Source: the human T2T-CHM13v2.0 reference genome, Homo sapiens. Taken from it: 64,000 bases of DNA. The position numbers and the translations under genes were made by a program. Shown one piece after another: positions 40,935 through 56,170 of this stretch. Numbering within the stretch: position 1 is the stretch's first letter; each line of letters opens with the position of its first letter. The DNA lies in NCBI RefSeq assembly GCF_009914755.1, contig NC_060937.1; one strand, written 5' to 3'. The notes beneath the pieces were generated by a model. It was given only the letters and a program-made list of their open reading frames with translations. It did not search any database and was not told the DNA's origin.

Positions 40935-41779
40935 ACAAGGCAGAATTTTTAAGAGCACACCAATTAGGCTGAAATATACTCTACTAAAATAACCAGGAAG
41001 TATACAATGTTAGACAGAAAAGCTTATATACTACATAATTTTATTTATATAAATTTGAAAAACAAAAAAAAATCTATTAAGATGGTAGTCTGAATAATGG
41101 TTATGTTTGTGGAGTAATGTCTGAGGGGGACATAAAGTAGTTTCAATGATATTAATAATTTAATATTCTGTAAATTATGGTTGCACAGATGTGCACTTTT
41201 ATGAAAATTATTTGAGTAGTACTTAAGCCTTTTCTTATGTTTTTACACTCCTATATAACACTTTCACATCAAAAGATACTCTGATGTGAGAATTTGGGGA
41301 AAGAGTTGTCTAGGTATGTAAATAGCTTGTGCAAAAGTCCTAAGAAAGAGACAAGTTTTATGTCTTCTAGGAAAATAACAGAGGCCAGTGTGACTTAAGC
41401 ATAGTGATCAGAGGGTGGAATATCTGGAGTTGTCTTCAGAGAAGAGGTGGGGGCCAGATAAGTGTAGAAACATAGGAGCAACAGTAGATAATTAAAATTT
41501 AATTTTAAATGTGAAAGGAAAACAATCAAGACTTCTGAACATCAGAGAAAAGAATAATTGAGCAATGAGAAGATATCTTGGTGTGGAGAAAGATAAGAAC
41601 GTACATTATTAGTTTGGTATGGGATCATCAATTAAAAATGTTTAGGAGACATACAACATGGAAGCCTTGGATAAGCGGTAATCCTGACATAATTTCGAAA
41701 GAAAAGCAGTGGAGTTCCTTTTCTAGCCATTATGGATTCCTTGGTATTGGACTTTCTAAAACTAAAAACAACTAAAAAA

Positions 41780-42880
41780 TTGAATTACACAAAGAAAAAA
41801 TAAACTGTCAGGCATTAGACAATGTGCATCCCATGATGGCAATTCCTGACAGAATGGGATTAAATCAGTCGGTTATTACTATTGCTATGTATTTCTGCCT
41901 GGGATCGCTTTCCAGGAAAAAATAAATGTATACCATACTGGTCATAATAAGTCAAAGCGATAGGTCAGAATTAGGGAAGACTGAGATATTAGGAATTAGT
42001 GGGCAAAGTACTTTAAAAAGGATATTATACAGAGAAGGTAATCCAGAAATTTGCACAAGAATCTCCATAAATCTTTGGCTGAACTCTAACCCAAGCATAA
42101 CTTGAATGAAACTCTGCAAGGCTAGGCAAAGAAGAATTAAAAGGGACCTGTGAACTAGGAGATATTTAAGTTCTGACCAACCAGAGTACAAAATCTCATG
42201 GAACAACCAATATTTCAATTGTGATCTTAGGATATCATATTTTGGTTGTGGGGCTAAGTAAATCATAAACAAAAGGCTACTCCAGACCTACCCTCACAAA
42301 GTTTAAAAGCAGGCCTCAAAAGAATTAAGCTGTTCTGCAAATACATGATAGCCTATGAAGAGAAAACAATAATAGTATTTAGATGAAGACAGAAAAATCC
42401 ATCAGTAAACAACATAACATTTGTCCAATAATGCCAACTGGCCAGAAAATATGACCCAACACTAGTAGATAAATATATCCATAGAATCAGTTCCGGGAAA
42501 CACAGAGGTGATTTAAAAAATTACAAAATACTTTCGAGCAATTGTAAATATGCTCAAATATTTACAGGAAAAACTGACCACAAGTAGCAGAAAAAAATGA
42601 CAATACACAAAAGAACAGAAAGGGACTTCTGAAGCTTAAAAACATAATAATTATGGTGAAAATTAACTGGCTGTGCAAAACAACAAATTGAACATTGCAG
42701 AAGAAAAACCAGGAAACTTAAAAGAGTAGCTGTCTACACTGAAACTGAGAAGAAAAATAAAAGGCTGAAAAACTTGAACATAGCTAAAGAAAACAATGAT
42801 ACAATATCAAACAGTTGATATCTATGTAATTGTAGTCTTACAAAAGGTGGTTAGAAAGACATGTGACATACATGAATACA
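41780..42880 (+). mobile_element. Old L1M 5'/ORF1 region
   Basis: A-rich, L1M-like ccagaaaatatgaccc, aaattgaacattgcagaagaaa. Confidence 0.55.
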
Positions 42881-43109
42881 AAGATAAAAACTGCTTATTT
42901 ATCTTCATAAAAAGTTCAAGAAAATATGTTTGCTAGATTTTGATACTAGGGAGTATAATCTGAGTTGGATACAATATTTTAAGGTATATTTTCTGAAAAG
43001 ATTGTGGTAAGGTTGTTTTTTCTTCCTAGAATATTAAATTAAATTCACTAGTGAAATCATCTTGTCCTGAAGTTTTCTTCCGAGGAAGATTTTGAGTAAA
43101 TAATTCAAA

Positions 43110-45990
43110 TGCCTGTTTTGGTTAATATAGCTTTGCCCTATATTTTAAGGTCAGGCAGTGTGATGACTCCAGCTTTGTTCTTTTTGCTCAATATGCTTTG
43201 ATTATTCAGGGTCTTTTGTGGTTCCGTACAAATTTTATGATTCTTTTTTAAAATGTATTTTAAAGATGTAATTGGTATTTCAACAGAGATTGCATTAAAT
43301 CTGTAGATTGCTATGGGTAGTATGTATGGTCATTTTAACAATATAAACTCTTCTGACTCAAGAACATGGGATGATTTTCCTTCTGTTTCTTTCCTCTTCA
43401 ATTTCTTTCATCAGGTTTTTTTTTAGTTTTCTTAGTAGAGGTCTTTCATCACCTAGGTTAAATTTATTTCTAGTTTTCTTTTTAGTTTTTGAAAATGGGA
43501 TTGCTTTCTTAATTTTTTTGACTAGTTTGTTATTAGTGTACAGAAATGGTACTGATTTCTGCATGTTTATTTTGCATAATATTGTATAAAAATAAGCACA
43601 CAGATCATTAGAACAGAACAGAAAACACAGAAATAAATGCAAATTTTTACAACTAGTTTATTTTTGACACAGACACCAAGAACATACATTGTGGAAAGGA
43701 TACCTTCTTCAATAAGTGGTGCTGGGAAAACCGTATATCCATATGCAGAAGAAAAAAACTAGACCCTAATCTCCTACCACATTCAAAAATCAACTCAAAA
43801 TGGATTAAAGACTTAAACACAAGGCCCAAATCTACAAAAGTATTAGAAATAAAGCCTGGGAAAATGCTTTAGGACATTTGTCCAGGCAAATATTTTATGG
43901 CTTAAGACCTCAAAAGTAAAAGCAACGATAGCAAAGATAGACATGAAATTACGTCAAGCTAAAAAAGCTTTTGCAGAGCAAAGAAGACAAGAGTAAAGAG
44001 ACATCCTGCAGAATGGGAGAAAATATTTACAAACCATTCATTTGACAAGGGGTTAATATCGAGAATATTTACAAGGAACTTAAACACATCCACATCAAAA
44101 ATAACAAATAATCTCATTAAAAAGTGGACAAAGTATCTGAATAGACATTCTTAGAATAAGACATACAAAAGGAAAAAAAAGTTTATGAAAAAATGCTGAA
44201 CATCACTAATAAAGGAAATGCAAATCAAAACCACAGCAAATAACAAATAACAAATGCTCATGGATTTGAAGTCATATTATTACTAAAATGTCTTTACTAC
44301 CATAGCAATCTACAGCTTCAATGTAATTCTTATCAAAATATCAATGACATTTTTCACAGAAATAGAAAGAAACCCTGAAATTTGTGTAAATTCTCAAAAG
44401 ACCCCAAATGGCTAGAGCAAAATTGAGCAAAAGAACACATCTGAAGGCATTACACCATCTCATTTCAAATTACACTAAACATGTGTAGTAACTAAAACAG
44501 CATAGTACTGGCATAAAAACAGAACATAGACCAATAGAACAGAATAAAGAATCCAGAAACAAATTCACTAATTTATGGCATGATTACTACTGTCAAAGGT
44601 GCCAAGAATATAAATCGGGGAAAAGACACACTTCAATACATAGTGCCCAGGAAAACTGGATATTCACATGTAGAAGAATGGAACTAGTTCCTCATCTTTC
44701 ATCATATAGAAAAATCAAGTCAAAATTCATTAAAGACTTAAATGTAGGACCTGAAACTGTGAAATGACTAAAAGAAAATATCAGGGAAACACTACAGGAC
44801 ATTGGTCTAGACAAAGCTTTTTCGGGTAAGACCACAAAAGTACAGGTAACAAAAGCAAAAATAGACAAACGGGATTACATCAAGATAAAAAGCTTTTGTA
44901 CAGCAAAGGAATTAATCAACAATGGCACAGAAAACTTAATGAAAGGCAGAAAAATTTGCAAAGTATCCATCTGATGAGAGATTAATAATAAGGCTATGTA
45001 AGTAACTCAGTTCAGTAGGAAGAAAAGCAAATATTCCGATTTTAAAATGAGCAAAAGACTTGAACAGACATTTTCCAAAAGAAGACATACAAATGGCCAA
45101 CAAGTATATATAAAAATACTCAGTATCACTAATCATCAGGTAAAGGAAAATCAATAGAATGACTATTATCAAAAAGATAAAAAATAACAAATGCTGGTGA
45201 GGATGTGGAGAAAGAGAAACATTCCTACATTGTTGGTGGAAATGTAAAGTAGTAAAATCATTATAGAAAACAGCATGGTGTTCCCTACAAAAACTAAAAA
45301 TAGAGCAATTGTATGATCTAGTAATCCCACTGCTGGGTATATATTCAAAGGAAAGGAAATCAATATATCAAAGAGACATCAGCACTCCCATGTTTATTGC
45401 AGCATTATTCACAATTGCCAAGATATGAATCAAACTAAGTGTCCATCAATAGATTAATTGGTAGAAAATGTGATATAGATACACAATAGAACATTACTCA
45501 AACATAAACTAGGAATGAAATCCTATCATTTGCAGCAACATGGGTGGAAATGGAGGCCATTACATTAAGTCAAATATGCCAGGCACAGAAAAACAATTAT
45601 TGCATAGTCTCACTCTTATATTCAAGCTAAAAATGTTGATTTCATAGAGATGGAGAGTAGAGATGTGGTTACTGGAGTCTGTGAAGGATAAGAGGAAGGA
45701 GAAATAAAGAGAAGATGGTTCAGGGATACAAAAATGCATTTAGACAGGAAGAATCAGCTCTAATATTCAATAGTACAGTAGAGAAATTATAGTTAACAAT
45801 AATTTATTATATACTTTAAAATAACTAAAAGGTTGGAATTGTAATGTTTCCAACACAAATAAAAGATAAATGTTTGGGATGATGGATAAACTAAACACCT
45901 TGATTTGATCATTGCACATTATCTGCATTTACTGAAATATCACACGTATACAATAAATATTTATAAATATTAAATATCAATAAATTTTAT
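43110..45990 (+). mobile_element. Composite L1MA: inverted 5' piece 43110-43583, sense 43584-44258, second sense copy 44259-45990 with 3'UTR
   Basis: ORF2 3' motifs occur twice (attaaagacttaaa, aaaaagcttttg); L1MA-type 3'UTR ccaacacaaataaaagataaatgtttg...tgatttgatcatt. Confidence 0.85.
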
Positions 45991-46375
45991 AAAATGAATT
46001 AAAATTTCTGAAAGGATATAGGAGTATTTAGTTTTTGTATTTCCTCTTGAGTCAGTTTTTGCAAGTTGTATTTATCAAGAAATTTTCAAATTTCTTCTGA
46101 GTTTTAATGTTTTCTTTACACAGTTATTCATAGTATTCTATTTACACATTTTTCTATCTGTAAAATCTCTGTTGATAACCATATTTTGATCCCATTTATG
46201 GTAATTTTTGAGCTTTGTTTTTTCTCTTGATTAATCTAGCAATTAATCCACTTTTTAAAAGTTGTTTTTAAAGAATCATCTTTTGGTGTTGCTAAATTTC
46301 TCTGTTTTCTATACGTATCTCTACCAACTCCTTCTTTCTACTTATTTTGGGATTGTTAATTATATTCTACATATA

Positions 46376-46655
46376 TTTTTTGAGACAGGGTCTCATTCTT
46401 TCATCCAGGCTGAGGTGCAGTCATGGCTCACTGCAGCCTCAACTTTCCCAGGCTCAGATGATACTCCCACCCCACCCTCCCAAGTAAATGGGACTACAGG
46501 CACGCACCACCATGCTGAGCTAATTTTTGTATTTTTTGTAGAAATGGGGTTTCACCATGTTGCCCAGGCTGGTGTGGAATTCCTGGCTCAAGTGATCCTC
46601 CTGCCTCAGCCTCCCAAAGTGCTGGAATTACAGGTGTAAGCCACTGTGCCTGGCC
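46376..46655 (-). mobile_element. AluJ
   Basis: gagacagggtctca, ctcactgcagcctcaac, ctcaagtgatcctcctgcc. Confidence 0.92.
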
Positions 46656-47962
46656 ATGTATTGTATATTTTAAGACTGAATGTAAGATCATCGTTTTTTG
46701 ATATTTCTTCATTGCTATTTTAAGTTTTAAAGTATGTTATTAATTGCTTCGTTTCTCTTTTAGGCTTTATAGCTTGCTATGTTTCCAACTAAGCACTACT
46801 TTAACTGCATTGCACACATTTTCATATATTATCTTTTAATGATCATTCAGATCTAATTATATTTTAATTCCTCTTTTGATTTAACCTATGAGCTATTAAT
46901 TATTTAAATGAGAATTAATATATGTATTTTTAGAGTTTCCAATATAGCTGAGTATAATTTATTTTTTGAATTTATGTCTGTGTTGTCAGGTAATACACAT
47001 CAATGATTTTTATATTTTTAAAATGTATTTAGGAGTTCCAGTTTCTAAAACGTTTTATGTCTTTAAATGTATCATGTGCACTTGAAAAAAAATCTGCATT
47101 CCGTAGTTGTTGGATGGAGCATTCTGTTTGATATATGTCAATGAAATCAATAATTTTTATAATTTCATTTATATCTTTTATGACTTCCTAAATATTAGTA
47201 TAATTGTTCCATCAATTGCTGAAAGATGCATAATTTATTGCTATCCTTCCATTCAAGTCTGTGAATTTTTGCCTTGTATATTTTAAGGCTCTACTATTAG
47301 CCTTATACACATTCATGAATGAATATTCTCTTTTGTCACTGTGTCCCCTTTATCTCTAGTAACACTCTTTGTCTTGCAGTCTATTTTATCTAATAATGAC
47401 ATAGCTTCTGTAGTATTCTTAGGCTGTTTTTGTTGATGGCACATATTTTGCATCCAGTTATTTTTAATTTATCTCTGTATTTGAACTAAAATATGCTGCT
47501 TGTATACAGTATGTATAGCATGGATGTGCTTTTTATGTACTCTGCCGATCTGTGCCTTTTAGTTAGTTGTGTAGAAAATGTAATTATTTATAATGTTAGA
47601 TTTACATGTATTATTTTATATTTGTTTTTTATGCATCCATTTGATTTTTCTCTTCTGCTCACCCCGTCTCCTTTCCTGCTTATTTCAGGATTATTTAAGT
47701 ATTTTTATTATTCAATTTAAAAATTATCTTTTTGGACATATCTCCTTTTGTTGCCTTTTTTGGTTGTTCAAAACATTACAACTACGTAATCTTTCATGAT
47801 CTGCATATAGGCAATAAATTCTGCTTCACATGATGTAGAAATCTAGTTATATAACCCCTCCCTAAATTGACATGTGTCTTACTTGTCATGCAAATTAGAT
47901 CTAGAGATGTTGGAAACTTCGCCAGACACTAATTTGTGGTTTAAATAATTAAACATTTTAAA

Positions 47963-48267
<305 letters not shown>

Positions 48268-48701
48268 CATTTTAAATAATTTAAATGAGAAAAGGAAGTA
48301 TATTATATTTATACAGATAGTTACTATCATTATTGTTACTACTTCATTTCCTTTTGAGAGTATAATTCTCCATCTAACAGTTTGTCTCTGGCCTGGAGAA
48401 TTTTCTTCATAGCACTTTTTGCAGTGTGTCTCATGATAAAAAATTCTCTTAGATTTCTTTAATCAGAGGATGTCTTAATTTGGCCTTTATTTCCCCATGT
48501 GAGTAAATTCTTCATATTTGATTACCCAGCATAGAGTACCCTAGTATTTATTAGTATTCACGTTCATGTTAGGTATTATTATTTTGTTCAGAGTTTTTAG
48601 TTGTAATCAGTGGAGGGGATGATCTGTATTGGGATTCTGCTATAGCAGAATCTGTTTCTAGTATATTTAAATCTCTGTATACCTGTTTAAAAAATGCTAT
48701 A

Positions 48702-51700
48702 GGACACATTTAAAGCAGTGTGTAGCGGGAAATTTATAGCACTAAAGGCCCACAAGAGAAAGCAGGAAAGATCTAAAATCGACACCCTAACATCGAAATT
48801 AAAAGAAACTAAGGAAACAACAGCAAACAAATTCAAAAACTAGCAGAAGGCAAGAAATAACTAAGATCAGAGCAGAACTGAAGGAGTAAGAGACATGAAA
48901 AACCCTTCAAAAATTAATTAATTCAGGAGCTGGTGTTTTGAAAAGATGAACAGAATAGATAGACCACTAGCCAGACTAATAAAGAAGAAAAGAGAGAAGA
49001 ATCAAATAGACACAATAAAAAATGGTATAGGGGATATCACCATGATTCCAGAGAAATACAAACAACCATCAGAGAATACTATAAACACCTCTATGCAAAT
49101 AAACTAGAAAATCTAGAAGAAATGGATAAATTCCTGGACACATACACCCTCCCAAGTCTAAACCAGGAAGAAGTTGAATCCCTGAATAGACCAATAACAA
49201 GTTCTGAAATTGAGGCAACAATCCATAGCATACCAACCTAAAAAAGTCCAGGACCAGACAGATTCATAGCCGAATTCTACCAGAGGTACAAAGAGGAGCT
49301 GGTACCATTCCTTCTGAAACTATTCCAATCAACAGAAAAAGAGGGAACACTCCCTAACGCATTTTATGAGGCCAGCATCATCCTGATACCAAACATGGTA
49401 GAGACACAACAAAAAAAGAAAATTTCAGCTCAATATCCCTGATGAACATTGATGCAAAAATCCTCAATAACATACAGGCAAACTGAAACCAGCCGCACAT
49501 CAAAAAGCTTATCCACCACAATCAAGTTGGCTTCATCCCTGGGATGCAAGGCTGGTTCAACAAACACAGATGAATAAACGCAATCCATCACATAAACAGA
49601 ACAAATGACAAAAACCACATAATTATCTCAATAGGTGCAGAAAAGGCCTTCAGTAAAATTCAACACCCCTTCACGCTAAAAACTCTCAATAAACTAAGCA
49701 TTAATCGAATGTATCTCAAAATAATAAGAGCTATTTATGACAAACAGACAAACACACAGCCAATATCATACTGAACGGGCAAAAACTGGAAGTATTCCCT
49801 TTGAAAACCGGCATAAGACAAGGATGCCTTCTCTCACCACTCCTATTCAACATAGTATCGGAAGTTCTGGCCAGGGCAGTCAGGCAAGAGAAAGAAATAA
49901 AGGGTATTCAAATAGGAAGAGAGGAAGTCAAATTGTCTCGGTTTGCAGATGACATGATTGTATATTTAGAAAACCCCATCATCTTAGCCTCAAATCTCCT
50001 TAAGTTGATAAGCAACTTCAACGTAGTCTCAGGATACAAAAATCAATGTACAAAATATCACAAGCATTCCTGTACACCAATAACAGACAGAGAGCCAAAT
50101 CATGAGTGAACTCCCATTCACAATGGCTACAAAGAGAATAAAATATCTGGGAATACAGCTTACAAGGGATGTCAAGGACATCTTCAAGGAGAACTGCAAA
50201 CCACTGCTCAAGGAAATAAGAGAGGACACAACAAATGGAAAAACACTCCATGCTCATGGATATGAAGAATCAATATTGTGAAAATGGCCATACTGCCCAA
50301 AATAATTTATAGATTTAATGCCATCGCCATCAAGTTAGTTACCATTGACTTTCTTCACAGAATTGGAAAAAACTACTTTAAAATTCATATGGAACCAAAA
50401 AAAAGCCTGTGTAGACAAGACAATCCTAATCAAAAAGAACAAAGCTGGAGGCATCGTGCTATGTGACTTCAAACTATACTACGAGGCTACAGTAACCAAA
50501 ACAGCATGGTACTGGTACCAAAACAGATATATAGACCAATGGAACAGACCAGAGGCCTCAGAAATAATACCACACATCTACAACCATCTGATCTTTGACA
50601 AACCTGACACAAACAAGCAATGGGGAAAGGATTCCCTATTTAATAGTGTTGGGAAAACTGGCTACCCATATGCAGGAAACTGAAACTGGACCTTTTCCTT
50701 ACACCTAATACAAAAATTAGCTCAAGATGGATTAAAGACTTAAACGTAAGACCTAAAACCATAATAATCCTAGAAGAAAACCTAGGCAATACCATTCAGG
50801 ACATAGGCATGGGCAAAGACTTCATGTCTGAAACACCAAAAGCAATGGCAACAAAAGCCAAAATTGACAATGGGATCTAATTAAACTAAAGAGCTTCTGT
50901 ACAGCAAAAGAACCTATCATCAGAGTGAACAGGGAACCTACATAATGGGAGAAAATTTTTGCAATATATCCATCTGACAAAGAGCTAATATCCATAATCT
51001 ACAAAGAACTTAAACAAATTTCCGAAAAAAAAAATCAACAAGTGGGCAAAGGATATGAACAGAAACTTCTCAAAAGAAATCATTTATGCATCCAACAAAC
51101 ATGAAAAAATGCTCATTGCCACTGGTCATTAGAGAAATGCAAATCAAAACCACAATGAGATACCATCTTACACCAGTTAGTATGGCGATCATTAAAAAGT
51201 CAGTAAGCAACAGATGCTGGAGAGGATGTGGAGAAATAGGAACGCTTTTACACTGTTGGTGGGAGTGTAAATTAGTTCAACCACTGTAGAAGAGAATGTG
51301 GCGATTCCTCAAGGATCTAGAACCAGAAATACCATTTGACCCAGCAATCCCAGTATTGGGTATATACCCAAATGATTATAAATCATTCTGCTATAAAGAC
51401 ACATGCAAAATTATGTTTTTTGTGGCACTATTAACAATAGCAAAGACTTGGAACCAACCGAAATGTCCATCAATAATAAACTGCATAAAGAAAATGTGGC
51501 ACATATACACCATGGAATTCTATGCATATATATACCATGGAATTCTATGCAGCCATAAAAAAGGATGAGTTCATTCCTTTGCAGGGACATGGATGAAGCT
51601 GGAAACCGTCATTCTCAGCGAACTAACACAAGAACAGAAACGAAACACCGCACATTCTCACTCATAAGTGGGAGTTGAACAATGAAAACACATGGACACA

Positions 51701-51900
51701 GGGAGAGGAACATCACACACTGGGGCCTGTCAGTGGGTGGGGGGATAGGGGAGGGATAGCATTAGGAGAAATACTTAATGTAGGTGACCGGTTGATGAGT
51801 GCAGCAACCCACCATGGCATGTGTATACCTATGAAACAAAACTACATGTTCTGCACATGTACCCCAGAACTTAAAGTAAAATAAAAAATAAAAATAAAAA
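48702..51900 (+). mobile_element. L1PA (PA7/PA8-like), 5'-truncated ~3.2 kb, disrupted ORF2
   Basis: RT motifs [15 protein letters not shown] and [13 protein letters not shown]-terminal EIPFDPAIP, complete 3'UTR and A tail; many frameshifts and stops. Confidence 0.97.
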
Positions 51901-53569
51901 ATCCCTAGACCTACAACCTAGATCAGCCACCACCCAGTACCAAATCATTTGATGCCTATAACTTATAAACAATGTACATGACCACTTCTCTTCCCCAAAT
52001 AAATAACCACTTTAAAATAATATATTTTATTCATGATCGATATAACCAGACATTTTGATTAGCTTTGCAAGTATGTTTTATAATCTTCATATGTTCTTTT
52101 TTAAAAAGTAAGATATAGTATACTCATTCTTAGTTATGTAAAATCTGAGGCTGATAAGATAAATCTTTACTAATAACATATACATTTATAATCTTCCAAA
52201 TTATACATATATTCATTATATATTATAATTTAAATATGTTGAAAAATTGTTTCTTAACATAATACAATGATTCAAGGCACGTAGTCAAAAGTGTTTATTT
52301 TAACGTTAATTAAATTAAACTACATTAATTTTAGAAATTATCAGATTATTATCCATTGCTGTATAAAATTGTATGTAAGAAAACTTTTCATAATATTAAA
52401 TATTCTGATTTATATATTAAAGGAGGTTTTTGGATATGATAAATCTTCATATTTTTAAATAAAATAAGTCTATCAGCTTATATAAAATTGTAGGTAGATA
52501 TAAAAATATATTTATTATATACATATTGGAAAAATGTTTTATACTATAATTTGAATTACAAAGTATATATTTCTTTTTAAAATAAGTTTATTATTAAGCA
52601 TATATATGAATATAAATGAAAGACCCAAATAAAACTGCCTGGAAAGTGACTACAATTAGAAATGAAGAGGAAGGGATAAAACCTGAGGAATTTAACTGAG
52701 CAATGGAGAATTCAGTGAAAATACAAGAAATAGAAAAGGAGGCTGAGGAATAAGTGACAACGTTGAGAAAAGCAGAGGGGTTGGTGTTCTTAACAGCTAT
52801 TAAATAAATCATGTCTGACAGGAGGGTGGTCATTACCTTTGACAAACATGGGGCCAGTAGGGTAAAGATTAATACTGTCTATAGAATTTTAGGATCAAAG
52901 AAGACATGAGACTTTTACAAGAGCTGTGTTTGATAACCTGCTTCAGGCAAAAGCCTGATGGGACTGTGTCTGAGAGAACAGGAGAATGGGAAAGAATCCA
53001 CATATATATTTGTCAGACAGATATTTAGGTTTTAAGATCAGCAAATCTCTCAACCTGTGTTCTTAGGACAATTCTGTGCCTAGAAATACATTCCTAGGTA
53101 TTCACAAACTTCAATGTGAGTTGATAAGTTTATTGTGTCCATAAATTCCCCTATGAGTTTATGCATATATTTTCATTACAAAATAATATAAAATTATATA
53201 AGCATATGTTCTATCATCTGAATGAGCAACTTATAATTTCGTACTGCTCTGCAATTACAAGACTCAACTTGCATTTCCGTTTACAATCACTTTAACAGGA
53301 AGTTATTCATCTTTAAATAGTAATTTAATGTGAACAAAAGCAAGGGGCACTTAGAAGTAAAATGAGACATTCTAGAACAATTGATGATCACATGAGGTAA
53401 TGTACTGTGCTGGATTAACGTAGGTTTTAAAGTAGTCTGATTAGACAAGTAAAAATGGAAAATATGCATTCAAAACTGAAGTACATGTAGACTATATTAG
53501 TCAGAGCTACAAACATTAGGGGTTATCTGTTTATCTTATGTGCTCTTTACAACCGAGACTTATACTGTG

Positions 53570-54330
53570 TCAAGATACAGAAAGTAATACAAAGGAAAGA
53601 AAATGAATTATGTCAACACTAAGCAAAATAAAACTGACAGCTATATTAATATCAGAGAAAATTGGCATTTGACAAAGAGCTTTAATAAAGAGAGAAATTT
53701 TGTAATAAGAGTTTCAATTTACCAGGAAGAAATTACAATTCTAAATTTATATAAATTTAAAACAAATTTAAATAAAGAAACAAAAACTGTCAAAATTAAA
53801 AAGAGGATGAATCAAAATTACATTCGGAATGAGCAATAACACACACCTCTCAGTAATTGAGAACTGCCAGAAAGTAATTACTAAGTAAATATAGATTTGA
53901 AAAATAAAATCAGCAAACATGTATATTAAAATAATGGACATACATAACTAGCCTGCAATAAATATATTTTTAAGTACATATCATACGCTTATAAAAATTT
54001 ACCATAATTGGCAAATATGGATCAATTACAGGTGGATGAACTCACACTTTTGTCAGAGATCTTTCCTTAAAATTATATATTGTTTTAAAGCAGGGAAATT
54101 AGTGATCCTAAGTGATCCTCTCACACACACTCTCATGCACACAAATCTGAAGTAATGGTTATCTTTAAGGATAGAGAGACAGTGATTGCAGGGAAATTCT
54201 AGGAAATGTCAACAAGGTCCTATTTTTTAACCTTTGTTATTGTTACATGAGCATTTTATTTGTGATAAATTATTGAGCAGTGCATTTTAATTTCATAAAA
54301 TTAATGTGATTTGCTATAATTCAAAATAAA
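53570..54330 (+). mobile_element. Old L1M fragments (endonuclease region and 3'UTR)
   Basis: peptide SIYQEEITILNLY resembles ORF2 EN; gaagtaatggttatcttt...ttgtgataaattattgagc 3'UTR-like. Confidence 0.55.
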
Positions 54331-54674
54331 ATATTATGCAAATCAAACAATAATGGGAGAATGTTCAAAATTTTTAAATTTTCCTATTTTTAAGGTTTAA
54401 ATTATGAACAGTTTTCATAATGCTTCCTATAGTGCCATAGGAAAGCACTCTCTAGAAAATGAGTGCCTCTTTAGTTGTGATAACTTCTAGGCTTCAGATA
54501 GTGTAGTCTGCATTATCTTAAGCTTAGTCACTGCATCATTTACTATAAGCTTGTTTCTTCCTCCAACTCCTTAATATGCTGCTAACATCAGTTTCAACAA
54601 TGACCTCCCAGATGTTCATTACAATAAACAATTTCTAATGTTCTTACTAAACTCATTCTATTCTATTCTAGACA

Positions 54675-54995
54675 TTATTGTTATTATTATTATTATTATT
54701 CTATGAGACATGATCTCGCTATGCTGCCCAGTGTAGTGGAGTGTAGTGGCACGATCATAACTCACTGCAACCTGGAACTCCTGGGCTCAAACCATCCTCC
54801 TGCCTCAGCCTTCTGAGTAGCTGGGACCACAGTTATGCACAACTACACTAGGATAATTTTTTATTTTTCTTATTTTAGTAGAGACAGTGTTTTGCTCTGT
54901 TGCCTAGGGTAGTGTCAAACTCCTGGTCTCAAGCAATCTGCCCTTCTTGGTCTCCCAAAATGTTGGTATTACGGGCGTGAGCCATCACACCTGGC
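54675..54995 (-). mobile_element. AluJ with (TTA)n tail
   Basis: cacgatcataactcactgcaacctggaactcctgggctcaa. Confidence 0.92.
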
Positions 54996-55534
54996 ATCAT
55001 CTACACTCTTTCTAGAATTTGAAACTGTTCAAACTCCTTGCTTTTTGCTGGTTGTTAAGATACTATTTTTTTTCCTCCTTTTCTCTCTCTATTTGCGTTA
55101 CTATGACCACCTAAAAAGATTGATCTTCTCCTGCTCCTATTTACACTACCATTTAGAGTTTCAGCCTAATCTTTTCTCCTCAGAGTCCACACTCTGCCTC
55201 GTCAGGAATAGACAAAAATTAAGCAAGCCCTCTAAGCAAGGTGCTACTCATGAAGTCCGAGTATGTGCCCGAATGCCTTCAAGACATCTCCAGATGGCTT
55301 TCCCGTAACAGCAGTATGTCCACATGTAAATACCTGTCTGTCTTCCAAGTCAAGTCCCCAAGATAGAAGACTAGGTAACTTCCCCTTCTCTTCTTAGATT
55401 ATTGCTCACCCCTCTATCAATTTTATCCTTGAGCTATCACACCTCATACTTACTACTTCTTAGATGTGTATATTAGGGAAGTTATAGTTTTCATTTATTT
55501 GTGTGATTACTAAAAGAGAGTAGTGAATGATATA

Positions 55535-56170
55535 TTGTTTATTTATGCAGTATTCCTTCCAGTCCTTCTACTAGCAAAGCTCCACTTTTTTATATTCCAA
55601 CCATGAAGTTTGAACTATTACTATATGCTTTACACCCTTCACTCTCAGATTACAGATGATTAGCTCAGCATTTAAACAAGCTGGGCAAATACAATAACTT
55701 CCCTGAAATTTTAAAGAAGATTTTATTTAATTATTGTAATAACACTTAACATGATATCTACCCCTAATGCACTTTAAGTGTACCATACAGTGTTTTAAGT
55801 ATAAGCACAATATTGTTTAGCAAATCTATTAAATCTCTCTTTAGCCGAACAGCCACAGAAGATAAAATAAGCTTCCTGAGCAGTCTTCTTCCCCAAGGAG
55901 GAATATCACACATTTTTCTTTAAGATTAAGAATATGCAAGAAGAAGCCAAGAAGAGGAGAGGAGTGCTAGGTAGATATGTAGATAAATAGATCCTTTATT
56001 TATGTAAACCAAATGTTTCCTGTAACTGAGCTGTATGCCTGATTGTTCCTCATTCGATCAAAACATTCTGTGATTGAACATTATACTTTTATTAAGTTTC
56101 CTTGTTATTTTCTAATATATGTTGAATCTGGCTTCTCTGTTTTGCACCCAAAGTATTACTGACTGATCCA
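55535..56170 (+). mobile_element. Ancient ERVL LTR (LTR33/LTR16-like) containing an antisense L1MA/MB 3' tip at ~55720-55830
   Basis: end ggcttctctgttttgcacccaaagtattactgactgat; L1 tip aacacttaacatgatatctacccc. Confidence 0.5.

Noticed and set aside
48702-51900. Active L1 or functional reverse transcriptase
   Set aside because: 5'-truncated (no promoter, ORF1 or EN domain) and ORF2 is fragmented by stops and frameshifts
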